Counted from the first letter of the stretch, positions 19,652-29,649 are shown. The stretch: 64,000 bases of DNA from Candidatus Fermentibacteraceae bacterium (GCA_041750285.1 JBGSZS010000004.1:96001-160000), one strand, 5' to 3'. Numbers and translations are program-made. The notes: a model not told the origin generated them from the sequence alone.

Positions 19652-19929
19652 TGCCCTTCCTCCCGCCCCCGTCGCTAATGGCGGGGGCGGATTCCCTTCA
19701 GACCCTGCTTCAAGCGGCAACAATCCAGCAAAGGGGGCTGTTCTTCGCGGAAATCGGCCTCGAAGCCGCTCCCGATGAGGTCTTCAACTGGGAGATGGCA
19801 GACTTCGTGGAGGTCATTGTCGTTTTCGGGGAGGGTCCTTTGCCGGCCCGCTCCGAAGACAGCACAAAGGTCTTCCTGAACGGGCTGCCGCTGCACCTGC
19901 TGCTTTCGGAGAAGGAAACACTTCACTGA
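19651..19929 (+). CDS. Possible short hypothetical protein or gene remnant
   Basis: Coding-like codon pattern from about 19740, but the 5' part runs through the terminator hairpin and no motif is recognised. Confidence 0.25.
   Translation: MPFLPPPSLMAGADSLQTLLQAATIQQRGLFFAEIGLEAAPDEVFNWEMADFVEVIVVFGEGPLPARSEDSTKVFLNGLPLHLLLSEKETLH
19663..19697 (+). terminator. Stem-loop after the SIMPL gene
   Basis: ccgcccccgtc-gctaat-ggcgggggcgg with a weak U tail. Confidence 0.55.
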
Positions 19930-19997
19930 AAGACGGCTTCCAACGATATTCCACTTCCCTGTTCAGAACTCAAGAGCGTACGATTCGGATGCATCGT

Positions 19998-21179
19998 TCA
20001 AAACGCCGTTGAAAACAGCCAGATCATTGGTATTAAGAACTTTGTCCAGGCTGGAACAAGGGCAAGGGGCAATCCCCATACCATGGCGCCAAGTATGAAG
20101 AGGATTGCAGGAACTGAGCGCCCTTTCAGCAGAAGCTGCCTGAAAGGAATGAGGAAAAACAACCCGTAGTGAATCCAGACGAAGGGAATGAAAACAAGAA
20201 GAAAAAGAATGGTCTGCGAAAAGATGTTTCCCCAGGAACATCCAACGCCATTATAACATCTTTTATACCATCTGTGTATAATAATAATTAGTGTTACGGT
20301 AGTGATACAAAGATAGATCCACTGGAATACGCTCCTCTGTCTTTCTGCAATTCGCAACCTGTACTCATCTTCTTGTACTGCCCTCTCGATGTCGCCGCGG
20401 ACCAGAGCTGTTTCCCCAAACAGGCTGACAGCATGGGTAACACTCACATTGTTGCCATGAATGAATCCCCAGGATTCGTTGACCCGCCCGAGGGAGAGCA
20501 GCCATTGATGAAAAGAGTGAGACCCTGCGAGCAGCACTGACGAGAGTGAGAGGCTAAAAAGGAGAATGACCGCAGAAAGCAGTGCTCTCCTGCCCTTCAG
20601 AAAGAGCACCAGTGGCATGAAGCCCACTTTTAAAAGAAGCAGAAACGTTGCGGCGGCACCCACAACCGCGCCCTTGAACCCCCTGTAAACCATCAGGGCC
20701 ATGGCCAGCAGCATGAAAGAGGTGACCTGGCCACATAAAAGATTATCGTGCAGGGGCTCGGAAATGGTGAGAAACACGAAAGCACCCGCCATGAACAGTG
20801 GCCTCTGTCTGTCGGTGCCCCTGGAAAGCAGAAACACCGAAAACCAAGCCGCAAGAACGCTTGCTGCGATCCAGGAAAGCCTGAAAAGCCGGTACGGCAT
20901 AATCTCGAGGGGTGTCATGGCCAGAAGGAACGGCGGAGGGTAGACAAAAAGAAAGGGTGTTACGAGAATACCCCTCTTCTCAAGGCTCTGCCATGCCTGC
21001 CGCACATCGTAGGGATTGCTGCCATCAAGGGCCGCATAGTATCCGCCAAGATAACTCGCAAGGTCCTGGGGGTAATACGGGACGCATCCCTTGGCGCGGT
21101 ATGCCGTTACAAGAGCTCCCAACAGCAGTACCCAGACCAGGAACGCATTCCGAGAGAGAGAAAGAGAATGCTTCTTCAT
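19998..21179 (-). CDS. GT87/DUF2029 family GT-C membrane glycosyltransferase
   Basis: Multi-TM; D..SY, NPY, FVYPPPFLL, NLLCGQV, LKV, P.VWIHY; AT-richer than the flanks. Confidence 0.8.
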   Translation of the reverse strand: MKKHSLSLSRNAFLVWVLLLGALVTAYRAKGCVPYYPQDLASYLGGYYAALDGSNPYDVRQAWQSLEKRGILVTPFLFVYPPPFLLAMTPLEIMPYRLFRLSWIAASVLAAWFSVFLLSRGTDRQRPLFMAGAFVFLTISEPLHDNLLCGQVTSFMLLAMALMVYRGFKGAVVGAAATFLLLLKVGFMPLVLFLKGRRALLSAVILLFSLSLSSVLLAGSHSFHQWLLSLGRVNESWGFIHGNNVSVTHAVSLFGETALVRGDIERAVQEDEYRLRIAERQRSVFQWIYLCITTVTLIIIIHRWYKRCYNGVGCSWGNIFSQTILFLLVFIPFVWIHYGLFFLIPFRQLLLKGRSVPAILFILGAMVWGLPLALVPAWTKFLIPMIWLFSTAF

Positions 21180-21316
21180 GAATCGTGCTGCACCCTGCCC
21201 AAAAGCATGAAACTCTCCGCCTGCTCAAGGATTTTGTTATATGTGTAATATTCATACATATTGCCCAACGGTCAATTCAAAATGGAACTGAAAGTGCTTT
21301 CGGAAGGGAATGGCAA

Positions 21317-21760
21317 ATAAAAAAGATCCTTCTCGCAACAGCGGTATCGGTGCTCATTTCCTCCTGCAAAAACCCACAGCCCCCGGTTGTCCAGAACGGG
21401 CTTCCCGTCGACATGGAAGAGGGATTCGTTCCCGGCACATGGATGGTCTCATACGCGTACCAGGATGAAACAGGTTCCTCGGGCATGCAGAGCACCAATG
21501 CCCCTGAACTTCACCCCTTCATCAGTGACCTGGGAGTGGATACCGACGGAAACATCTGGGCCAGACGTGGCGGTGTGGAAGAGAACCTGTGGGATGTGCT
21601 CTCACCCGAAGGGGAATGGCTGCGCGTGGTTGTTGTCGAGGCCTTCACACCCGAATCCATACCAAAGGTTGTCATGGGGTCCGGAGGGTTCATAGCCTTC
21701 GAGCTGAACCCCGAGGACGTGTGCCATGTTCTTGTGCTTCGGGGTCATAACGACCGATAA
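21317..21760 (+). pseudogene. Short lipoprotein or beta-propeller remnant starting at ATA
   Basis: GGAAGGGA RBS, then ATA-AAA-AAG-ATC reading (M)KKILLATAVSVLISSC (lipobox); only a C-terminal propeller-like part remains (GVDTDGNIWARRG...WDVLSPEGEWL). Confidence 0.5.
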
Positions 21761-21808
21761 ACGTCCGTTCACCTTGAAACGGCTTTCCGACGGGCCGTAC
21801 TTCATTGC

Positions 21809-24800
21809 ATGGAAACCCTCGTCCTGCTCTTTCTGGCCGGTTCCCCCACGATCTCCGAGGTGTGCGCCAACCCCCTGAACGAAGCCTCATGCGAGTTCGT
21901 CGAGCTTTTCAACCCGGGGCCGGAAGCGGTTTCCATACTGGGGTTCACTATCACCGACGGCGACGCACTCGATCAGCTGCTGCCCTGGAACGAGCAGACA
22001 TACGGCGTCTTCCCCCATTCGGGCGTGATCATTGAGACCGACTCCATTCCCCCGGGGGGCTGGGCCGTCATTCTCGAGCTGGGCTACCTGCTCGACCCCT
22101 GCTTCGAGTTCGCCCCGGGAACGGTGATACTCACCACGGGAGACAACGCCGTCTGCAACGGGCTCGCGGCTTCCTCCGACCCCCTCACCCTCTTCGGGCC
22201 CGGGGGGACGACAATGACCGATGTGCTCTCCACCTATGGCACACCGGTGGAGACCGACACATGGCAGGACAGGGACGACGACGGCCTCGACGGCATACCC
22301 TTCGATCCCGGGAACGGCCTTTCCACCCACCGGTTCCCTGCTGTCTCCCCCGACTCGGAAGGCAACTGGCTGGGAGGCACACCCACGCCGGGCGCCCCTC
22401 CCGACGCGCCGCCCGATACGTTTGCAGTGTTCATCCAGGGGCTGTGGTTCACGCCGGCAGACCCCCAGCCCGGCACCGCCTGCCATCTCCACGCCGCAAT
22501 ACACTGTTTTGGAACGGTCCCGCCCGACCAGGGCTTCATCACCCTGTTCCTCGACACCGACGGCGATTCACTTGCGGGAGCCGGAGAGCCGTCCAGCGTG
22601 TGGCCCGCATCCATCCTCAGTCCCGGAATCACCGATACCCTTTCAATAACCTTCACGGCACCCGAACAGGGCTGGTACCTTGCGAGCGCCACCGCCTGCG
22701 ACTCGTATCTGGCCGTTCCCATGCCTTCGGGCGGCGGGGTACCACCGGTGCTCACCGAAGTCATGGCCAACCCACCCGACCAGACCACGCAGGAGTACAT
22801 CGAAGTCTACTACCCCGGCCCCGGGGTGTTCATGCTCGACGGGTGCAGCTTCACCGACGGTGACGCGGTCGACATGGTCATCCCCTGGTCGGGAACGGCC
22901 CTCCTCACCCCGAACTCCTGCGGCATAATCCTTGACCCCGGCTATACCGGAGGGCTTCCGGTCCCGGAGGACGCAAGGGTCTTCACCGTGGGCAACTCAT
23001 CCCTGGGCAACGGACTGACCCCGTCCGACCCCATAGTCCTCTATGACCGCGACGGAACCCTGATCGAAAACATCCTTTCCACAGCGGGAACCCCGGTTCT
23101 TTCCGACGACCCGCTTCAGTGCGATGACGACGGCCTGGATTCGATACCATTCGACCCCGGCCAGGGCCGCAGCATGGAGAGGTTGAACCCCGCGGGACCC
23201 GACGCCGAGTACAACTGGACGGCTTCCGAACCGGGCGGGTCACCGGGCCGGCCGGGAGACTGCGGCTCGGGGCCGGACATGCGGGCCGACACCATCATCG
23301 TTCACAATGAGGTCACGCCCGGTGTTCCCTTCCTTCTCGAGGCGCTTTTCTCGTCTGTGGGGTTTTCCGCCGCGGAGGGTGTCACCTTCACGGTGTTCAA
23401 CGACCTCGACGCGGATTCGGTTCCCGGTCCCGGCGAAGTGGTGTGCCAGGAGTGGGCTGAGAGCCTTGAGCCCGGCGAATCCAGAAGCGTTTCGGGCACC
23501 GCCGTTCTGCCCGCCCACGGCTTCTTCCTGCTGAGGGCGATGGTCCAGTGCCCGGGCGACAGCACCCTTGAGAACAACTGCTCAAACCTTTGCGTGAAGT
23601 GCGGCGAAGGTTCCTACCCGGCCATCACCGAGGTGCTATGCAATCCTTCCGACCAGTCCCGCGACGAGTTCGTCGAGGTCTTCTACTCCGGACCGGGAGT
23701 GTTCGACCCCTCGGTGCTGTCCATCTCCGACGGCGACGCGACCGACGCCCTTCAGGGCGGCTTCGTGCCCGCCCTCGCATACGCCGTCATCCTCGACCCC
23801 GACTACTTCTCGGGCTCGATGCCCTACGACATCCCGCCCGGCACACCGCTCATCTTTCCCGGCAACACCACCATAGGCGACGGGCTGGGCTCAGGCGATC
23901 CGGTGTCGCTTCTCTGCGAAGGAAGCGTGGTCTCAACGTACGGTACGCCCGGAATCCCTGACGATGGCGTGCCCTACGACCCGGGCACCGGCATGAGCGT
24001 CGAACTTGTCACCCCCAACCTTCCCGACCTTCCGGGCAACTGGTTCACAAACCCCCTGGGGCCTTCCCCGGGCGCTCCCCCGCTGGGAATCTCCGAGGGC
24101 GTGGATTACGGGATCAGACGCTTCAGCCTGGCCCCTCCCGCCGGAGCGGAGGGTTCGCAGACCACGATGAGGGCAACCGTCGAGGCGATGGGCACACAGG
24201 GCTGCGGCTTCCAGGTGGTCTTCACGGTGGAGGGTGAGCAGGTGGCTTCCGCCTCCCCCGCACCCCCGGCGCCTGGTGACTCGGTGCTTGTGGAGGCGGT
24301 CTGGGTGGCCACCGCCCCGCAGGCGGCACTGAAAGCCTTCATAGTGTGCGAACCCGATGTGAACCAACGCAACAACACCGGCAAAGCCCTGTGGAATCCG
24401 CCACCGGGGCTCGTGATGAACGAGATCATGTACTCCCCCGGACCCCCCGGGCCGGAATGGGTGGAGCTGTACAACGGCGCCGGGACACCTCTCGACCTTG
24501 AGGGCTTCACGTTCGAAGACCCCTCCACGCAAGCCACCCTTCCGGGGCAGGTAATCGAGCCAGGCGGGTATGCCCTGCTCTGCCCCGACCCACAGGGTTT
24601 CGAGAGCGTCTGGGGACAGCCTCCCTGTCCCCTGCTCCAGATATCCCCATGGCCCGTGCTGAACAACACGGGGGACACCCTCTCCCTGCTGGGCGGGAAC
24701 GGGGCGGACTGGGTTCCCTACGACGCGGCCTGGGGCGGGGGGACGAACACAAGCCTCGAGCGCCGCTCCCCCGCGGAAATGGGTTGGCCCGCCTCAAACT

Positions 24801-25162
24801 GGGGCGGCAGCGCGACTGGTTCAACCCCCGGCAGGGCGAACAGCATAGGAGTTCAGCAGGGCGGACCGTTCCTCACCGCTGAACCGGAAGTCTTCTCGCC
24901 CGATTCCGACAGGGAGAACGACGTGCTCCTGATAACTCTCAGGGTTCCCGAACAGGGATACCAGGCGGAGCTGCGGGTGTACGACGTGACGGGCAGGGTG
25001 GCGGCGGAGCTCTGGAACGGCCCGGTCCCGGGCGAAACACTCACACTCGCCTGGGAAGGCTCGGGCATGCCGGTCGGGCGCTACATCGTTTTCGCGCGGG
25101 CAGGAAAGGGAAGCTCCGTTCTGGAGGGCGTGCTGGTCAGGATACTGGCCCGGCCGCTCTGA
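21809..25162 (+). CDS. Large secreted lamin-tail-domain (LTD) repeat protein with CARDB/Ig-like modules and C-terminal FlgD/T9SS-like domain
   Basis: Four (I/L)xEV..NP...E(F/Y/W)(V/I)E modules; repeats of STxGTP...DDG..IPFDPG.G.S; C-terminus FSPDSD..ND...VYDVTGR...W.G..MPVGRYIV. Confidence 0.8.
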   Translation: METLVLLFLAGSPTISEVCANPLNEASCEFVELFNPGPEAVSILGFTITDGDALDQLLPWNEQTYGVFPHSGVIIETDSIPPGGWAVILELGYLLDPCFEFAPGTVILTTGDNAVCNGLAASSDPLTLFGPGGTTMTDVLSTYGTPVETDTWQDRDDDGLDGIPFDPGNGLSTHRFPAVSPDSEGNWLGGTPTPGAPPDAPPDTFAVFIQGLWFTPADPQPGTACHLHAAIHCFGTVPPDQGFITLFLDTDGDSLAGAGEPSSVWPASILSPGITDTLSITFTAPEQGWYLASATACDSYLAVPMPSGGGVPPVLTEVMANPPDQTTQEYIEVYYPGPGVFMLDGCSFTDGDAVDMVIPWSGTALLTPNSCGIILDPGYTGGLPVPEDARVFTVGNSSLGNGLTPSDPIVLYDRDGTLIENILSTAGTPVLSDDPLQCDDDGLDSIPFDPGQGRSMERLNPAGPDAEYNWTASEPGGSPGRPGDCGSGPDMRADTIIVHNEVTPGVPFLLEALFSSVGFSAAEGVTFTVFNDLDADSVPGPGEVVCQEWAESLEPGESRSVSGTAVLPAHGFFLLRAMVQCPGDSTLENNCSNLCVKCGEGSYPAITEVLCNPSDQSRDEFVEVFYSGPGVFDPSVLSISDGDATDALQGGFVPALAYAVILDPDYFSGSMPYDIPPGTPLIFPGNTTIGDGLGSGDPVSLLCEGSVVSTYGTPGIPDDGVPYDPGTGMSVELVTPNLPDLPGNWFTNPLGPSPGAPPLGISEGVDYGIRRFSLAPPAGAEGSQTTMRATVEAMGTQGCGFQVVFTVEGEQVASASPAPPAPGDSVLVEAVWVATAPQAALKAFIVCEPDVNQRNNTGKALWNPPPGLVMNEIMYSPGPPGPEWVELYNGAGTPLDLEGFTFEDPSTQATLPGQVIEPGGYALLCPDPQGFESVWGQPPCPLLQISPWPVLNNTGDTLSLLGGNGADWVPYDAAWGGGTNTSLERRSPAEMGWPASNWGGSATGSTPGRANSIGVQQGGPFLTAEPEVFSPDSDRENDVLLITLRVPEQGYQAELRVYDVTGRVAAELWNGPVPGETLTLAWEGSGMPVGRYIVFARAGKGSSVLEGVLVRILARPL

Positions 25163-25257
25163 ACCGGCTGGCTGTTCCCGAAACATGACACGGTTAACCG
25201 ATTCTTAACCCTTCGGGCCTATGCTACCATTTCACACGAGAGCGAACTGGAGGGGGA

Positions 25258-27135
25258 ATGGACAGCGTTGCACTGGCCGGGGAAAACCGGGTTTCGGAAC
25301 TGCATCGAATTCTGAGGAATGATAGGATCACCCCGCTCTTCCAACCCGTGGCAGACGCAATGGAACGAAGGATTGTGTGCTTCGAAGTGTTCTCAAGAGG
25401 GGTTCACCCCCTGGAATCCCCGGTGGAGCTCTTCCGCGCTGCAGCGTCCGCCGGAATTCTGTGGGAGGCAGAGGAAGCCGCAAGGAACTCAGCCCTCAGG
25501 AGAATAGCATCGCTGAGGGATCTCTCGTTCAAGACCAGGTTCTTCATCAACACATCCCCCTCGACGATATGTGACCCGAGGATGACCCTCGAATACATTC
25601 TGCAGTCACTTGACTCGTTCTCGCTGGGACCGGAGCACCTGGGTTTCGAGATCCCGGTTCCCGAAGTCAAGGGCACGAAAATCCTGCTCATGAAGCTTGA
25701 GGAGCTGGGCACGGCAGGCATCAGCTTCTCACTGGACGACTTCGACCCATCAAACCATGCTCATCAAAAGCTTCTGGACACGCCCTCTCCGGAGTACGTC
25801 AAACTGCCGGGGGGGATCGTTCACAACCTGGGACGCTACAACATGGGCCAGCAGAACATCCGCAGAGCCATTGGAACACTTTCGGATCACGGCTCCACAC
25901 TCGTCGCCAAGGGCGTTGAGGATTGGACAGAGCTGGAGACACTTCTGACGCTCGGTGTGAGGGTGGTGCAGGGTTATCTTGTTGCTAGACCCGAAAGCAG
26001 GCCGCCGCAGATACAGGAGGACTTCCACGGCGGAGCACTGAGAGCCCTTTCGGGAATCATCTGCTCCGGCGGCTCGGCACCGGGAAGGGAAGTAAGCACC
26101 GTGTGCACCATGCCCGTGGTCATCGAAGCCGCCTCAAGGAACTGCGACGAACTTGACTCGATGTTCCGGAACGACCCTGCTCTTGACCATGTGGTGACCA
26201 CTCACCTGGGAAACCCCCACGGCCTCGTGACCAGAAAAGGTTTCTACCTGAAGACCGGAGGAAGGTTCGGATTCTCTGTTTTCCAGAGGGAGACGCTTGA
26301 TGCCGTGGCCGACAATGACCCCATGGTGGTGGGTGACGGAGTCAGGATAGCCGAGGTGGCAGAAGCCGCAATGAACAGGCAGAGCGATGATGTATACGAT
26401 CCGGTCCTTGTGGTGGACTGGTCGGGAGCCCTTGTTGGAACCGTGACAGTGATGCAGCTGCTCAATGCCGCAATAGACTCGGAACGCCGCAACAGCGGTG
26501 TTCTTGATCCCCTCACGTCCCTGCCGGGAGGGGTGCCCCTGCAGCGCAAGCTCATGGAAGCCATTGCGCTGAAGTCTTTCTACCTTGTCGCCACCAACAT
26601 CAACGGGTTTCGGGCGTTCAACCATGTCCACGGCTTCGACCAGGGCGACAGGATGATCCTCCTTCTCGCGGAGATCATGGCCAGACAGGTGAAAACGTTC
26701 GTACGGGATGCCTTCATCGGCCACATGGGTGCGGATCGATTCGCGGTGGTGAGTTTCATGCCTGTCCCTCTCGAGTGCCTGGCGGGGATTTGCAGTGAGT
26801 TCGACCGCAGAAGCAGCAGCCTCTTCTACACCTGGAAGGAGCAGGAGACCGGCAGCATGGAGCTCATGACCGGCTCGGGAATCTCCCTCAGAACACCCCT
26901 TTGCACGGTTTCGGTTGCAGGCACCGGCAGTGCCAATTTCAACGGGGACAGTCAGCCTGTCGCCCTCGTCTTGGACGCTGTCGAATCCCTTCTGAAGAAA
27001 GCGAACAGGCTCTGCCTCTCCGACGAGAAGAGCTCGCTGATCCTCGACAACAGGGTGAGAAGCATCAGGAGTTCCAGGGAAGCCAAAGAGGACGCGGTTC
27101 TCGAAATGAACGCGGAGTACTCCACCTCATCCTGA
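25258..27135 (+). CDS. EAL-CBS-GGDEF domain protein (both catalytic domains degenerate)
   Basis: FQPV..EVFSRG, LDDF, YVKL, GVE..QGYL.ARP; CBS-like middle; DPLTSLPG...GFDQGD...GHMGADRF. Confidence 0.85.
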   Translation: MDSVALAGENRVSELHRILRNDRITPLFQPVADAMERRIVCFEVFSRGVHPLESPVELFRAAASAGILWEAEEAARNSALRRIASLRDLSFKTRFFINTSPSTICDPRMTLEYILQSLDSFSLGPEHLGFEIPVPEVKGTKILLMKLEELGTAGISFSLDDFDPSNHAHQKLLDTPSPEYVKLPGGIVHNLGRYNMGQQNIRRAIGTLSDHGSTLVAKGVEDWTELETLLTLGVRVVQGYLVARPESRPPQIQEDFHGGALRALSGIICSGGSAPGREVSTVCTMPVVIEAASRNCDELDSMFRNDPALDHVVTTHLGNPHGLVTRKGFYLKTGGRFGFSVFQRETLDAVADNDPMVVGDGVRIAEVAEAAMNRQSDDVYDPVLVVDWSGALVGTVTVMQLLNAAIDSERRNSGVLDPLTSLPGGVPLQRKLMEAIALKSFYLVATNINGFRAFNHVHGFDQGDRMILLLAEIMARQVKTFVRDAFIGHMGADRFAVVSFMPVPLECLAGICSEFDRRSSSLFYTWKEQETGSMELMTGSGISLRTPLCTVSVAGTGSANFNGDSQPVALVLDAVESLLKKANRLCLSDEKSSLILDNRVRSIRSSREAKEDAVLEMNAEYSTSS

Positions 27136-27294
27136 CGATCTCATAGATCCTTCAGCATGTCTTCTGGACACAGGATTAAGAAGTTCGCTTGACAATCGTT
27201 CATGTATCACACGGCAAACCTGTGTGTATAACGAACAATCATCAACGACAATGACTGTGCATGGGATGATCTCTTACGAAGTCGCCCCTGCTGA

Positions 27295-28263
27295 TCAGCG
27301 GCTCTTCCCGAACCTTGCCGAAAGCCTTTCGAGCATGTCCGCCGTCATCGAGGGAAGGTCCCAGGCCGGTTTCCAGCCCCACTCCTCCCTGGCGGCGCTG
27401 TCGTCGATGCTGCATGGCCACGAATCGGCTATGGCCTGCCTGAAGTCGGGCTCGTAGCTGACCCGGAAGGCGGGGATGTGCTTCCGTATCTCCGCCGCCA
27501 GCTCACCGGCCGTGAAGGAAAGGGCGCCCACGTTGAAGTCGGCGCGGTGCTTGAGTCTGGACGGATCGGCCTCGGCCAGGTCGATGGTGGCCTTGATGCA
27601 GTCCGGCATGTACATCATGGGAAGCGAGGTGTCCTCCTTCACGAAGCATGTGTACTCGCCGTTCTGAACGGCCTTGTAGAAGATGTCGACCGCGAAGTCG
27701 GTGGTGCCCCCGCCGGGAGGGGTCTCGGAGCTGATGATGCCGGGGTAGCGCAACCCGCGAACGTCCGCTCCGAAGCGCCTTGCGTAATAGTCGCCAAGGA
27801 GTTCGCCGCACACCTTGGTGACCCCGTACATCGTCCTGGGCTTCAGGACCGTTTCCTGCGGGGTGTTCATGCGCGGGGTCTCCGGTCCGAAGACGGCAAT
27901 GCTGCTTGGGACGATCACGGTGCCGAGCTTCATCTCAACCGCCATGTTCAGCACGTTCAGGGTGCCGTCCATGTTCACCTTCCAGCAGAGGGCGGGGTTC
28001 TTCTCGCCGGTGGCCGAGAGTATGGCGGCGAGGTGGTAGACCGTGTTTATGCCGTGCCTGACGATGATGCCCTTCAGCATCCCGGGATCGGTCACATCGA
28101 GTCTGTCGCAGGGGCCGGTTTCGGCCAGAGGGCCTTCAATGGTTCTTACATCGGTGGCCAGCACGTTGTCGTGGCCGTAACGCTCACGAAGCGCAAGGGT
28201 GAGTTCGCTGCCGATCTGACCCATGGCGCCGGTGACAAGGACTTTGGGGGTGGTCTTGGTCAT
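27295..28263 (-). CDS. tdh: L-threonine 3-dehydrogenase (SDR/NAD-dependent epimerase type)
   Basis: GAMGQIG, HLAAILSATGE, PSSIAVFG, YGVTK, RYPGIIS..PPGGGTTD, MMYMPD, RQAIADSWP. Confidence 0.9.
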   Translation of the reverse strand: MTKTTPKVLVTGAMGQIGSELTLALRERYGHDNVLATDVRTIEGPLAETGPCDRLDVTDPGMLKGIIVRHGINTVYHLAAILSATGEKNPALCWKVNMDGTLNVLNMAVEMKLGTVIVPSSIAVFGPETPRMNTPQETVLKPRTMYGVTKVCGELLGDYYARRFGADVRGLRYPGIISSETPPGGGTTDFAVDIFYKAVQNGEYTCFVKEDTSLPMMYMPDCIKATIDLAEADPSRLKHRADFNVGALSFTAGELAAEIRKHIPAFRVSYEPDFRQAIADSWPCSIDDSAAREEWGWKPAWDLPSMTADMLERLSARFGKSR

Positions 28264-28317
28264 CAGGGCTCCTGTATGCAAAGTTTGCGGGATCGTTCCG
28301 GGGAAAGCGGCATGCTA

Positions 28318-29649
28318 CTAAGAAACGCCCCGGATTTCAAGTATTACGGTTCCGGGTGCAATGTCGTCGAGCTTCCCGGTGTCCAGCACCCTGCCGAAGA
28401 CCGTGTAGCGTCCCTCGAGCCTGCCGTGCCTGTCGAGGGTGATGAAGAACTGGCTGCCGCCGGTGTCGAGCCCGGCGTCGGCCATGCCCACGGTTCCCCT
28501 GACGTACGGGTAGATGCTTCTTTCCGCAGGAAGAACGTATCCCGGGCCGCCGAAACCGTTCCCCTCGGGGCAGCCCGCCTGCGCGACGAAACCCGGTATC
28601 ACCCTGTGAAACCTCATCCCGTCGTAGAAACCGCTCCCGGCCAGATGCACGAAGCTCTCACAGGCGATGGGCGCCAGTTCCGGGAACAGCTCGATCGTGA
28701 ATGTCCCCTCGGTGGTTACTATCTCAAGCATGTCCGGCACGACGGCCCCGCTTCCGCCGGTGAAGACCGAGTCACGCTCTTCCCCGACGGGCGCGATCTG
28801 GAGCATCTCCATGACGACCGCCCCCACCAGGGGGTACGTGTCCCTCCTGAGTATGGAGAGCTGCCCCGGGTCGGGCCGCCATTCCATCCCGGCCAGGGCA
28901 ATGAGCGCCGCTCCCCGGCGTCCCGGGTCGGTCGAGGTGAGAAGGATCTCTTCAAGGACCGGGATGTCACTCAAAAGGCCGATCGCCATGTTGCCGACCG
29001 GACCTTCCGTACCGGAAAGCCTCAGGATGGCTTCGGTGTTCCCCGATACCTCGGCGGCCTTGAGGGCGACCGCTGGCACCGGGTCGCCCACGAGTGCAGC
29101 GGCCATGGCGCTGTCCGCCCGTTCGACCGCTGCGAAGCGCACGGCCCAGCACGGGTCATCGAGGAATGGCCCTGGATTGATCCTGGCCGCGTAAACCCTG
29201 GCAAGAGGCGGGAGGTCGCCGGTCACGGCAACCTGAACACCCGTCTCGGATCCGTATCGAAGAAGCGCCTCGGGACTGCGGGAGAAGGCGGAAGGGTCGG
29301 GAACGACCATGCCCGTCCTGCCGAACACCTCAAGGGCCAGCGCGCCCGTCGAGTCGGGAACGACCCCCGCGAACATCAGCGCGAGTTCCATCAGCTCCGG
29401 AAGCATTTCGGGCTCCCTGCCTTCGCTCATCAGAAGAAGTTGTCTTCTGAGGGCGGCGTGCAGCAGTGCCGGGTTGTGCCTCACGCCTTCCGGCGAAGGC
29501 AGGAGGGTCGGCTCACCGAACTCCAGAAGGGCTGGCGAGGCTGGATCGGCCGGCAGGGGTTCTCCGCCTATCCGGGCGGCGAAGGCGTTCCCGCGGGAGT
29601 AGCCCGAGACCCCCGGCATGAATGTCAGCAACAGCATGATGGGTATCAC
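28318..29649 (-). CDS. Cyclophilin-type peptidyl-prolyl isomerase with N-terminal HEAT-like region
   Basis: FYDGMRFHRVIPGFVAQAGCP.G.G.GGPGY, GMADAGLDTGGSQFFI, YTVFGRV; signal peptide. Confidence 0.9.
   Translation of the reverse strand: MIPIMLLLTFMPGVSGYSRGNAFAARIGGEPLPADPASPALLEFGEPTLLPSPEGVRHNPALLHAALRRQLLLMSEGREPEMLPELMELALMFAGVVPDSTGALALEVFGRTGMVVPDPSAFSRSPEALLRYGSETGVQVAVTGDLPPLARVYAARINPGPFLDDPCWAVRFAAVERADSAMAAALVGDPVPAVALKAAEVSGNTEAILRLSGTEGPVGNMAIGLLSDIPVLEEILLTSTDPGRRGAALIALAGMEWRPDPGQLSILRRDTYPLVGAVVMEMLQIAPVGEERDSVFTGGSGAVVPDMLEIVTTEGTFTIELFPELAPIACESFVHLAGSGFYDGMRFHRVIPGFVAQAGCPEGNGFGGPGYVLPAERSIYPYVRGTVGMADAGLDTGGSQFFITLDRHGRLEGRYTVFGRVLDTGKLDDIAPGTVILEIRGVS

Noticed and set aside
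27205..27235. acacGGCAAACC resembling the start of a c-di-GMP-I riboswitch next to the EAL/GGDEF gene
   Set aside because: The following GAAA tetraloop stem and GACGCAAAG element are absent, and it lies between two stop codons rather than in a leader.
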